Below, piece after piece: positions 15,338 through 29,458 of a stretch of 64,000 bases of DNA. Every line of letters begins with the position of its first letter. Position 1 is the first letter of the stretch. The notes under the pieces are model-generated. The model did not search any database. It saw only the letters and a list, made by a program, of their open reading frames with translations, and was not told where the DNA came from. Both the position numbers and the translations under genes were made by a program. Where the stretch lies: assembly GCF_009914755.1 (NCBI RefSeq), contig NC_060938.1; one strand, written 5' to 3'. The stretch is from the human T2T-CHM13v2.0 reference genome, Homo sapiens.

Positions 15338-16449
15338 AGTATTTACTTTTTAAATATCAGTCAGTTATTAATAAATTGAATAACTAATAAGACAAACATC
15401 ACTTAAATTTTTATTAAATCATTGATTAAAGTAACATTGTATTTTTTTAAACTAGGCAGGATAGAACTTTTCTATTTGAAAAATTTTTTAAAAAACTTTT
15501 TGGCGTTAATTTTCAATACAAACTCTAGTCGTTATTTGCCAATATGCCTTTATAATAAAGAACATCCAGCAATAGGAAACTGAAAGCAGCCCATGCTTTG
15601 CAGGATTCAATCACAATGGCAGCTTGCTGGAGGGTGGTCTGAGACTGGGCAAACACATTAGGGATTTGGACTTCATGAAAGCACTACTGAGCCCCTGGGC
15701 TGAGCACACAGAGGGTAGCATAAGTTGCAGAGCCTAGTCTGTGGTACTTAGGGAAAAAGAGGAATGGGTGGGGGTTATGTCTGCAGGACCCTAGAAAAGT
15801 GTGATGAGGGCAGAGGGTCTGCAGGTAGAGTGTATTCTAAGGAGAACTGTTACTCTCCTAAACTTGGTTGGCTTCAGTGATCATGAAAAGAAGTGAACTG
15901 ATTTACCAGACATGGAGGACAGGAAGTAAAAGGACTTCCTGTTTCCTGCATGGAGACTGAGGAAGATAAAATATTTTGACAGAAAAAGAGAAGATGGAGA
16001 AAGTTTGAGAAGCAGAACACCAGGGGCCAAAGTGGAGGACAGGAGCCCTTAAAGTGGTGTTTCATCTGCACAAACAGCCGATGAAAGGAAAAGAAACTGG
16101 ACCCCATGCATATGCTGAGTTGTTAGAAAAGCATTTACAATAGTGTGTCTGACAGCACAGAAAACAAAAAAATTGTGCATAGAGCCAGACTTTGGATTGA
16201 ATATACACAATTAAAAAAAATATACTGAGATATATCATTGCTAGTATAACTCTGAAAATAGGCAGAGTTAAAAGTTGAATTGAACCCCTGTTCTAAGTTA
16301 ATGTTTTATAGGTGAAAGAAACCATGAGTTACAAGGAAGACATCGTAAGAGATCCTGGGGAAGACTTTTGCTTGACCAGGTCAGGAATCACCAAGGTGGA
16401 AAAGGAAACCTCATCCTCCCCAGGTACCTGATATGGAGCTGCCTCCAAA

Positions 16450-18560
16450 GAGCCCCTTGGAGGTCCTGAGTGCTCCCTGGTGTCCTGAGCCATTCTTGCT
16501 GTCCTGAACACCCACTGGTGGTTCCTGAGTGCCCCCTGGTGGTTCTGAGCACCCCCTGGTTTTCTGAGCGACCTCTGGTGTCCTGAGCCCCCCCTGGTGG
16601 TTCCTCAGTGCCTACTAGTGTCCTGAGCGCCCCCTGGTGGTTCTGAGCACCCCTTGGTGTCCTCAGTGCCCCCTGGTGGTTCCTGAACCTCCCCTGGTTT
16701 CCTGGGCACCCTCTGGTTTCCTGAGCGACCCCTGGTGTCCTGGGTGACCCCTGGTGGTTCCTGAGCGCCCCCTAGTGTCCTGAGCATCCCCTGGTGGTTC
16801 CTGAGCGACCCCTGGTGTCCTGAGCATCCCCTGGTGTCCTGAGCGCCCCCTGGTGGTCCTGAGCATGCCCTGGTGGTTCTGACTGCCCACTGGTGTCGTG
16901 AGCGCCCCCTGGTGGTTCCTGAGCGCCCCTAGTGTCCTGAGCATCCCCTGGTGTCCTGAGCGCCCCCTGGTGGTTCTGAGCATGCCCTGGTGGTTCTGAC
17001 TGCCCGCTGGTGTCGTGAGCGCCCCCTGGTGGTTCCTGAGCATCCCCTGGTTTTCTGAGTGTCCTCCGGTGGTTCTGAGCACCCGCTAGTTTCCTGAGCA
17101 TCCCCTGGTGGTTCTGAGAATCCTCTGGTGTCCTGAGCACCCCCTGGCAGTTCTGAGTGCCCCCTGGTGTCTTGGTCACATCCTGTGGTTCTCAGCACCC
17201 CCTTGCCACAGTCTCATGAGTGCCCCTTGGTGTCCTGAGCGCCCCCTGGTGCTTCTGAGCACCCTCTGGTGTTCTGAGCACCCCCTGCTTCTTCTGAGCG
17301 CCCCCTGGCGGTTCTGAGCGCCCCCTAGTGTCCTGAGCGCCCCCTGGCGGTTCTGAGTGCCTCCTGGTGTCCTGAGCACCCCCTGGTGGTTCTGAGCGCC
17401 CCCTAGTGTCCTGAGCGCCCCCTGGCGGTTCCGAGTGCCCCCTGGTATCCTGAGCTATCCCTGGTGGTTCTGAGTGCTCCCTTGTGTCCTGAGCGCCCCC
17501 TAGTGATTCATAGCACCTCCTAGTGTTCTGAGCGCCCCCTGGTGTCCTGAGCACCTCCTGGTGGTTCTGAGCACCCCCTGGTGTCCTGAGTGCCTCCTGG
17601 TGGTTCTGTGCACCCTCCCTGATGGTCCTGAGTGCCCCCTGGTGGTTCTGAGCGCCCCCTGGTGTCCTGAGCCCCTCCTGGTGGTTCTGTGCACCCTCCC
17701 TGATGGTCCTGAGTGCCCCCTGGTGTCCTGAGCTATCCCTGGTGGTTCTGAGTGCTCCCTTGAGTCCTGAGCGCCCCCTAGTGATTCATAGCACCTCCTA
17801 GTGTTCTGAGCACCCCCTGGTGTCCTGAGCCCCTCCTGGTGGTTCTGTGCACCCTCCCTGATGGTCCTGAGTGCCCCCTGGTGGTTCTGAGCGCCCCCTG
17901 GTGTCCTGAGCCCCTCCTGGTGGTTCTGTGCACCCTCCCTGATGGTCCTGAGTGCCCCCTGGCGGTTCTGAGTGCCCCCTGGTGTCCTGAGCTATCCCTG
18001 GTGGTTCTGAGTGCTCCCTTGAGTCCTGAGCGCCCCCTAGTGATTCATAGCACCTCCTAGTGTTCTGAGCACCCCCTGGTGTCCTGAGCCCCTCCTGGTG
18101 GTTCTGTGCACCCTCCCTGATGGTCCTGAGTGCCCCCTGGTGGTTCTGAGCGCCCCCTGGTGTCCTGAGCCCCTCCTGGTGGTTCTGTGCACCCTCCCTG
18201 ATGGTCCTGAGTGCCCCCTGGTGGTTCTGAGCGCCCCCTGGTGTCCTGAGCCCCTCCTGGTGGTTCTGTGCACCCTCCCTGATGGTCCTGAGTGCCCCCT
18301 GGTGGTTCTGAGCGCCCCCTGGTGTCCTGAGCCCCTCCTGGTGGTTCTGTGCACCCTCCCTGATGGTCCTGAGTGCCCCCTGGTGGTTCTGAGCGCCCCC
18401 TGGTGTCCTGAGCCCCTCCTGGTGGTTCTGTGCACCCTCCCTGATGGTCCTGAGTGCCCCCTGGTGGTTCTGAGCGCCCCCTGGTGTCCTGAGCCCCTCC
18501 TGGTGGTTCTGTGCACCCTCCCTGATGGTTCTGAGTGCCCCCTGGTGGTTCTGAGCAGCA
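16450..18560 (-). repeat. GC-rich VNTR of ~18-21 bp units with 81-bp and ~260-280-bp higher-order repeats; units match the CTCF motif
   Basis: Monomer gagcgccccctggtggttct; 81-bp period at 18101/18182/18263/18344/18425/18506; marker gtgattcatagcacc at 17503/17781/18040. Confidence 0.95.
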
Positions 18561-18596
18561 TCTACCACATAGTCCCCTCCTGTCTCCCTGCGGTGA

Positions 18597-18635
18597 GCTT
18601 TGTGTCTGGGCTCACACAGGGTTTCCCTCACTGTG
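18597..18635 (-). promoter_or_regulatory. 23-RSS of IGHV(III)-2-1
   Basis: CACAGTG (18629-18635), 23-nt spacer, ACACAAAGC (18597-18605). Confidence 0.9.
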
Positions 18636-18937
18636 TCACTCACAGTAATACATGACCTTGTCCTTGGCTTTCAGATTGGTCATTGTAAGGCAGACTGCAC
18701 TTAAAAGGGTGTTGCTTGAGATTGTTAATTTATTTGTACTCATGGAGAGTAACCCTGAGAATTCATACTTGATCACTCACTGTTGGCACCCACACCTATC
18801 CCTGTTGTGAAGCATGCTGGACCAAGCTCATGCTGTAACCAGTAAAGGTGAAACCAGAGGCTTTGCAGGAGAGTCTCACCACTGGGCTGTAAAATTTTTC
18901 CCCCTCTGACTCCATCAGTAAACTTCACACAGGACTT
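18636..18937 (-). pseudogene. IGHVIII-2-1: Clan III V pseudogene, by position IGHV(III)-2-1
   Basis: Frameshifted EV..ESEGG-like FR1, CKASGF, YYCE* end; splice acceptor mutated (cacgg); lies between IGHV1-2 and IGHV1-3. Confidence 0.88.
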
Positions 18938-19559
18938 CCGTGAACACAGAAAACAGACTGAGAACAGCCCCGTGAGGAGAAGCCACAGCTGGACCTGATT
19001 TACGAAGGACACTAATATTGACGGGGATGAGAAGGGAATCCAGATCAATGCAGACCCCACGGTGTGGACACTGAGGAAGGGCACAGACATGGGGTGGCTC
19101 CTCGCCAGGGCCTGAGGGAACAGGGGATGAGCTGCCTTTCATGAGAAGTGGAGGGGACACATTTCCACGTCTTTCTTTTTGTGGTCATGGGTGCACTGCT
19201 CAGCATTGCTCATCCATCCTCTGTGTCTACATTTCAGGGAAGTCAAGGTCAAAGGATTTCTGGGTCTGGATGCACAGAGTTAATCTGCCCATTACTCTTT
19301 TTTATTCTCTAATGTGGACACTGTTGGGGTATCTTCATAATAGCAAACATTATCAACAAATATGTCCAGTAAGAACATAAAAATACGTTTCCAGAGAAAA
19401 TGGACACCTGTCTCTAATTGGTATATTTAGAGCTGCAAACTACTGTTCTTGACAATAAGGCAAAGTTAGGTTACAATGAAAAAAATACAGATCTACGCCT
19501 TGTCAGGGAGGGGGTTTATGATTATCATTATCTTGAGATCATTTTGCCACAGAACAATT

Positions 19560-19860
19560 CGACATTGGATATATGTACTTGTGTAAGGAAACAGTAAATG
19601 TGGACATATGTGTACTTATGTGAGTGAAGAGTTCACATGGAGACATGTTTGCTTGTCTGAGACAAGAGTCCACATGAGGAAATGTCTGTTTTCTGAGGAA
19701 AGAGTAAATGTAAGAACATATGTGGTAGTCTGAGGAAAGAGTCCACGTGGGGACATGTGTGTTTGTCTGAGAGAAGAATCCACGTGAGTAAAGGTGCGTT
19801 TGTCTGACAGAAGAGTCCACATGTTGACAGATGTGTGTACCCATCTGAGGGTAAATGCCC
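19560..19860. repeat. Degenerate ~38-40 bp minisatellite
   Basis: Repeats of tgtctgag.aaagagtccaca/cgtg...acatgtgtg. Confidence 0.75.
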
Positions 19861-22157
19861 ATTCAGGGACAGTGTATGCCTGAACTGAGCTGAAGTTTGG
19901 GGAAATATTTCTCAACCAAGGAAAGAAAATAATCCTGTCGGTTATTTGCTTGTCAAGAGGAAAAAACCTGGGTCACATAGAAAATTGATTTAAAAAAAAA
20001 TTTAAAAAATTAAAGGTCTTTAGTGAATGGCAACATCTTATATGCAAATCAGGAAAATTACCTCATTCTTTGTTGCATACATCTCATGAAATCTCCACCC
20101 TCACAAAATAAGTAATGAGATAATTTTATACAATCTGCATTTGATCCTTGGGTTAATGAACTGCTAAATTTTTTTTAATTGTATATATTTAGGTTTATAT
20201 TTTCCATCACAAAACTATGTGCTTAGACAAATTAATTGTGTCATATCTGAACCATTGCATATCACTAAAAATAATTTTAATCTTCTTAAACAGTGTCTTT
20301 TTAACTTATTTTATACCCAGTCTCTAAACTCCTCGAATATCCTCTATATGTTGTTGTTTACTTGACTACAGTTTTGGCTTTTATAGAATTTCAAATAAAT
20401 CAAATTATACAGTGTCATTGAAATGACTTCACTGAAGAAAGTGGAAAATGAAGTTGCTGACCTAAGGAACTTTGAAAATGAGGAAACTCTGTAAGTTTAA
20501 AGTGTAAAGAAACTGAACATAAGCACTCTATTCTAGTAGATAAACATGTTTCCTACAAGGGTACAGCTTTACATTTCTGATACTGCTATGCATGTGTCCT
20601 GAAATTGTGCAGCTAAGTAATAAAATGGCATATGGTTGGATGGGGTTCCTCATTTTGCAGTGAGAGGTTATAGACAGTCAAGGAAGGAAGGCTAGAAAGA
20701 TCCATGTGGTAGCATAATTGGGTAGAGAGACCAGTGTGTTCTCATTTTTAATGTAATCACATTACAGAAGGTTAGATACATAGTTTACTAGGCCAGTTGG
20801 TTGAGAGGTCCTGCAAGTACTTATACCACATTAACAATGCACATACCCAGTATTACAATTTTTTAAATACTATTCTTTAACATCAGAAGCAAGCAATCTT
20901 TAGAAAAATGGCTGATTCTATGTATGAAAAAGATAATATAGAAAATGAGTTTAGAATTTATTATAATAGCAGGAAACAGGGAAGTGTTCAAAAACAAAAG
21001 CATGAGGTGAGCTGTAAGGATGCAGGATCCAAACTCAATGAGCTCCCAGCACATAATAAAGCCATGGTGGTTTGAAAAATAAAATGAATAATGTAGCATG
21101 GATCTTCTTCAGAGTATGAAATAGACATCCATAAACCAATACACATATTAATAAGTGATCAAATAAAGAAATAATAGGAAGAGGAACACATCTTTTTACA
21201 GAAGTATTCCAAATATGTTAGGTTGATAGTCCTCCAATCAAGTAGGTGAAGCTTAAACACTCATGAGATGATTGTAGCCTGAGATTAGAGACATGGAAAA
21301 AGTAATTGATATTACTGTATTTTATAATGAGATTTCAGATATAATACCAAAGACATGATCTGTGGATGAATAACATTTTACATTTTTAAAATCTAAATTT
21401 GTATAAACACACACACACACACACACACACTTTTCTGCAATACATACTGATAAGGGAGTAAAAGACAGCCGCAGACTTGGAGAAAATACTTCCAAGTCAC
21501 ATATTTGTTAAATGAATTCTTTTAATTTGTTAAATGATTTTATAATCAATATGCAAGTAAACTTACAACTAATCAAAAGAAAACAATGCAGTTAAAAATG
21601 AACCAAATATGAGAAGAGGCATCTCGGCAAAAATTATATGAAAATTGTTAAATGTGAATTTTTATTACGGAAATGTGCATTTAACTAAAAATTAGATACC
21701 ATTACTCACCTATTAGAATGGTTAAAACACACAATTCTCATAATGATAAATGGCAATATGAATGTGGAAAACCAAGAACTATCATGCATTGATGGTGGGA
21801 ATTCAAAATGCTACATGCACAAAATGAGTTTTTTTGGCATTTTTAATAATAGAGATAAAAGTAGAGATAAAATGTGATTTGTGTGTGTGTTCCAAAATAT
21901 TTACAACACTGATTCAGAAATTGATGTTTACACAGATACCTACAGAGGAAGTTCTGTATCAGTTTTATTAATTCAATCCCTGAAATTTGCTTGCAGAATA
22001 AATATTGTATGAAAAATCTCTCAAATAATTAAAATTTCTCAAATACATGTTTATATTGTTCCTTTTCCTTAATGACTTAATATCATTTTCTGAGAAAGTC
22101 TTCAATCTAATAATCTTTGTCATTTCCTCCATGCCAGCACAGCTGCTTCCCCCCTGG

Positions 22158-22196
22158 GGTTTCTGACACTCTCAGGATGTGGGTTTTCACACTGTG
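22158..22196 (-). promoter_or_regulatory. IGHV1-3 23-RSS
   Basis: CACAGTG (22190-22196), 23 nt, TCAGAAACC (22158-22166). Confidence 0.97.
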
Positions 22197-22634
22197 TCTC
22201 TCGCACAGTAATACACAGCCGTGTCTTCAGATCTCAGGCTGCTCAGCTCCATGTAGGCTGTGCTCGCGGATGTGTCCCTGGTAATGGTGACTCTGCCCTG
22301 GAACTTCTGTGAATATTTTGTGTTACCATTGCCAGCGTTGATCCATCCCATCCACTCAAGCCTTTGTCCGGGGGCCTGGCGCACCCAATGCATAGCATAG
22401 CTAGTGAAGGTGTATCCAGAAGCCTTGCAGGAAACCTTCACTGAGGCCCCAGGCTTCTTCACCTCAGCCCCAGACTGCACAAGCTGGACCTGGGAGTGGG
22501 CACCTGTAGAGAAGACACAGGAGTGGATGGAATTCCCCTTGACTGGCCTCGATCCCTTCCTCCTCACTGGGATTTGGCAGCCCCTTACCTGTGGCTGCTG
22601 CCACCAAAAAGAGGATCCTCCAGGTCCAGTCCAT
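22197..22634 (-). CDS. IGHV1-3: Ig heavy variable gene IGHV1-3, *01-like; leader exon 22589-22634, V exon 22197-22503
   Basis: SYAMH...[35 protein letters not shown]...YYCAR; intact leader and splice sites. Confidence 0.97.
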
Positions 22635-22726
22635 GGTGAGGCGTTGTGCTCTGGGGGCTTCTGAGGAGGGATGTGGTTGTTGGGTGATGCTCTCAGGGCA
22701 CAAAGATATCTATAGTCATCTCAGTT

Positions 22727-22743
22727 ATTTGCATATTCATGAG
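22727..22743 (-). promoter_or_regulatory. IGHV1-3 octamer/heptamer promoter
   Basis: ATGCAAAT at 22727-22734 with adjacent CTCATGA. Confidence 0.92.
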
Positions 22744-23354
22744 CGATGCTATTTCATACCTAACACAGCATGAGAAAGAGTGGAGAGATGACACATGGAT
22801 TACCCAACAGGAGGATGCTAAGGGTTCAAGCTATAATCCCCTTAGAGGCCATGTGTGCCCTGCCATATCCCTAAGCTGTATGTTGACAGAGCTTCTCCCA
22901 CTGGAGAACAATTTTCCCTAGAACAGGACTTCACTGGGAACCCACACTTGAATAGCTCAGAGGTAATTTAAAGTATTTCTAGGCTTTAATACATGAATGT
23001 GTTATTTGGGGGATGAGTGTGTTTCTCCAAAAGTTGCACTTATTTATATAAAATAAAAGCTTAATTGACCTCCAGATGCTTACTATTAAGATATGTAGCA
23101 GGGTTAGAAATCTCCAGTGTAAATTGATAAATTCTTGCAATTGAATAGGATATTTATGGACTCTTCAGCAGTTTTTGTCAAATACTTATTTTAGATTTTT
23201 TTAGAAGAATGACACAGATCTTAAGGGGACTCCATCCGCAGCCTCCTGTGCACCTGCTCTGGGGCTGGAGCCTGTGCTGGGTGGGCCTTGAGCGCCCCCT
23301 GCAGCCCAGCCCTTGCACTGCAGAGAGGCTCCTGTCTGGGCTCCCAGAGCATTT

Positions 23355-23660
23355 TCCCCCCAGTATGAAGTGGCTGTGTCCTGGCTCAGAATGCTCCTTT
23401 AGTGACACGTGACACCATGTGCTGCTGACGCCATCGCTTGCAATAGTAAATTGGTCGTAGGAAAAAGCCAGTGAACTCTGCAGAAACACCCCAAGCAAGG
23501 ATTCTATGAAACCACCAGGGAGCCCCTTCTGTGGCGCTCCGGAAGCACTGGATCAGTCCACACTCACAGTGAGTCCAGGAGCTTCCAGGGGCTTTGGGAG
23601 AACACCTAATCTCTTGTCGGTTCCTGTGGATGAACATCTCATCAGATAATTTCTAAACCT
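23355..23660 (-). pseudogene. Cryptic degenerate IGHV relic upstream of IGHV1-3
   Basis: Minus strand: GLTVS-like FR1/CDR1, tgcttccgg..gaaggggct FR2, QFTIASDG and SILSQDTATSYW FR3; RSS-like spacer/nonamer remnant. Confidence 0.65.
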
Positions 23661-23699
23661 ACAAAATCATGGGTCTCAGAAGCCACTGCAAAACTCCTA

Positions 23700-23701
<2 letters not shown>

Positions 23702-23741
<40 letters not shown>

Positions 23742-23763
23742 TGGTTAGAGTCCCCACAGTAAT

Positions 23764-23797
<34 letters not shown>
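23702..23797. repeat. Two (CA)n microsatellites
   Basis: Direct observation. Confidence 0.95.
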
Positions 23798-23799
<2 letters not shown>

Positions 23800-26039
23800 T
23801 GTCTAGTGTCCTCACAGTAATGGGAGGGAACTGTGCCTTACTCCCTGTGTCTCGCGCATTGGTCGTGCGCCCACAGTGCCCCTAGGCCTGGGGATATGCC
23901 CTTGTCAACAGAGCGACAGCAAACACTTTACTGGAGATGGGGCCCTGCACACACTGTGGCTTCCCTGTTCTCCCAGAACCTGGGATCCTGCAGATACCCC
24001 TAAGAAGAGTCCAGGCTCCCCCTGGGAGGGTCAGCCACAGCCCAGCCCCACCGAGTCGGTGCAGCCTGCACTGAGCCGCTGACCTGTGGAGAGGGTCACG
24101 CCAGACCCACAGCCCAGCCAGCCCCACTCCCAGAGGCACATCAAGGAAGGGGGCAGAACCCTGGGGACTCTTGATGGGCATCTTTTCAGGAGCAGACACA
24201 CGAACTGTTCCAGGAACAGGGGACCTGGGAAGGTCAGTAGCTGGTCAGGGTTTCTGAGGACCAGCGTCAGTGATGGGACCTGCCTGTCCCTTCTCATATG
24301 GGATGTCTCTCCTGGGGATCCTGTACTGTCTTATTTGTGCAGGTTCACTCTGTGGGACTTGTCTTTATAAATCTCAAATCTCAGGAACAGGAGAGCTGTG
24401 CTTCAAAAGCCCCCATAGAGAAGACACATTCCCATCCTGCTGTGACTGAAACAGCTCCATCCTGGGCATGGGGAGGGCTCATGTGTCCCACCTGGGATGA
24501 GAAGCAGCAGCCACACGTGAGCTGAGGAGGACTCAAGGCTGCTTCCCAGCACTTCCCCACAGAGTGAAATTTGTGTGTTTGCCCCAAATCCAGGCTGGCC
24601 CTGTGACTTGCTTCTTTCAAACTTCTTGGCCTGGAAAGTGCAGGCACCAGCTGTCACTGTCACCACTATTGTGACAGTGTACACAGCACCAGGACAGGAT
24701 CCCAGGGATGGGGCTGAGGACAGACACTAGCTAAGTGGACCCATTGAAAACGTGCGGATCTGCTGAGGTTCACACTCCTGGAAGGACAGATCTTGGAGGG
24801 TTTGGAGGAGGAAGCAGCCACTGTCGGTGACTCAGGATCTGCTGCTCTGCGGGTCACCTCGTTGGCAAGTAACAGTGGGCAGGTGAGTGTGGTTCATCCC
24901 CTACAGGGACACCAGGCTTCCAAATGCCCCTCTTCACCAGGAAAGAAAGTGGCTTTGTTCATACTGGTTGCTCCAGCCGTCTGGTCATCCTGTCTTCCTG
25001 ACCTTCTTCCCGTGTCCCTCAGGGCTGTGACACATGGACAAAGACACTTTCTACTCCAACCATTGATTCCCCAAGCCAGCTCCCTCTAGAAAAGCCATGA
25101 TGTCTTCCTGGTTCTGTGTCCCTGGCTGAACCAGAATGGACACACATGGATATACCAAAGTGTCAAAGTGGAGGAGAGGAATCTTGGCAAAGATCACTCA
25201 GGAAAGAGAAAGGAATTCATTTGTGTGCAATGAGAGGGTGTGGGGCATGTCTGGAGGCTGCAGGAGCCAGAAGCTTCATATTTTTTTAGTGACCTCGGTT
25301 TTGTCTCCCCTGTTGTTGTGAGGCTTCCCTGAGTTCTCCTCCTCAGATAGACTCTGTGCCTTTTCACGCAATGACCTATAGGAGATGTTTACACCAAACA
25401 AAAAGCCTCAAACCTGGTTTATATTCTGATCTAAATTTTCAAAAGATAAACCCAAGAGAGATTCAAAGAAGTGATTATAAAATATCAGGATATAGCACTT
25501 GGCTGAGAAAACCTTAAACTCATATTATTTTTATGAACCATATGCATAACAAAACTGCCCAATTCCTCCACTTTATCAGAGACTGCCTGCAGGATGAATT
25601 TCAATGCCACCTAATTTAGAGTAGGAGCAAAACTTAAAATCCTCTGTAGGTCTGAGTGCCACTAATAACAACAACAACAAAAAATTTCAACCATTATGAA
25701 GTTTTAAGAGATGCCACAATGACAGCCTGGGTTGATAGGTGATGGCATTTTCCCTGGGCATATTCTGTGAAGAGTGATTACGGTAGCTTTTTCTTCTAAT
25801 GAGGAGAAAGCAACAGAGAAAGTAAAAAATAATAATAATAACAATAATCACAAAACAGAAAAAAGTGGTCCAAATTATTTAACAAAAAAAGCACTAGAAA
25901 CTGACACAAATTAAAAGGAGATACATTGATTACCTAGCAGAAAATTCAAAGTAAACCTTATAAATATGTTCACTGAGCTAGGAGAAGAATGCACGCACAA
26001 CATGAAAATATTAACAGGGACAAAAAAGGGAGAGAGATG

Positions 26040-26700
<661 letters not shown>

Positions 26701-28219
26701 CTATTCAAGTTGCTGAAAATAAAAACAAAGCCAAGAAACTTCCAAATAAATATGTTACATGGATTAAAGCTTTTCTTCAATAATGCAGGAGGTTTGAGAA
26801 GTTTCCCAAAAAAGTAAAAAGTGGACAAGTTCATCACCACTAGACCGGCCTTACAGGAATGCTAAGTGTCTCTGGCAGGTTTCCAGAACAAGGAAGTAGC
26901 TGCATCAGCTCCACTCTGTTATCTGCCAATTGATAGATTTGCATAGTTTTTAATTTTAATTTATCTTCTGTTTTTTTCCCTCCATAAACTCCTTCTCCCT
27001 TCCTTTCATAATTCTGTCTATTAATGCAACTCATATTTAGCTGAAAATGCTGGGGTCATTGGAATAAATTTCTATTTTTCCTCCACCAAATCTAATAAGC
27101 TGTCTCCAGGGGTGTCCATCTCCGTTTTCTTTTCTGCCATTCCCATGGGATAATTTCCTTGTTCCTATGTGAGTCCAGCCCTCATCACCATGGGCCATCC
27201 AACCATCATGCACCCAGGAACAGCTTCAGGAAATGTACCCTGCCAGCTGCCTATCATCCTCCACCTGCACAGTGATCATTCCTTCAGCTTTCACTCATGC
27301 TGGAGGGCTTTCTACACAAAAGGGCATTTCACACCCACTCCCAGCACAGTTCTGGGACCCTGTATACCTCCCAGAGACAGGTACACATCCTTCCCCTTTG
27401 TTGTTAATTTTGTTTAATTTATTTAAAATTCACTGGGAAATCACTGATGATGGGGGTGACCAGCCTGTCCATTCCATCTGACGGCCCCACCTGTGAGGTT
27501 GGCCACCCTAGTGTGCTGTGCTCATGGGGCCATCTGGACACACACAAACACCAGGTGTGTGAGTTATTAGAGGAGACCCGGGGTCAGCAGGTGTCTGTGC
27601 CCCACAGGACACAGGTCTGTCCTGCAGTAGAGCCTGCATGACCTGGAATCATACATGTGCATGACCCGTGGTCTCAGCACATCAGTTGAGGCCAGCTTCA
27701 GGCAATTCCTGTGTAACCTGCCCTGAGTGCCCACAGAGGACAGATGCATGACAAGGATGTAAGGGAATGATGTGGGTTAGGGGAACTGAAGCTCAATCTT
27801 TACTGAGGCTTTACTCGGCACCTGGACCTTATGGAAGACTAAGAAGAAGAGAACAAGAGCCCGGCCCCAAATATCTCCTGGTTTAAGGTCAGCTTTAGTG
27901 GGATTTTAGAGAGTAGAAGACACAGGGGTGACGCTGGAGTGGTTTTCTTTGGGATACTTGGGGAGCAGCAGAAGGTGGGCCGGGATCAGGACTCCATCTG
28001 GCTGGTTCTCATGATCTACATGGATTCTCATAGTGGAAAGTGAGAGACATGACCTAGAACACAGCCCCCCAGGGCTGATCTCAGAGAAGCCTGCTAAGTG
28101 AATGACTCAGCAGAAATGTGGTGGGGTTTTCATCTTGGATCTATTTTTCTTTATAAAAATAATCTGAGAGATGTGTCAGCCTCGGTGGGCTGCTTCTCCC
28201 TCCAGGAGACGGAGCTAAC

Positions 28220-29458
<1,239 letters not shown>

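Noticed and set aside
16450-18560. CRISPR-like array
   Set aside because: No unique spacers, human DNA, no cas genes; it is a minisatellite.
16605-18655. Long repetitive ORFs (up to 281 aa) across the VNTR
   Set aside because: Artefact of an 81-bp (multiple of 3), stop-poor repeat; no promoter or splice context.
20042-20049. Plus-strand ATGCAAAT octamer
   Set aside because: Isolated 8-mer in AT-rich DNA with no associated leader; compatible with chance.
27446-27481. Box C/D-like TGATGA...CTGA
   Set aside because: Only ~36 nt, no terminal stem; too short for a snoRNA.
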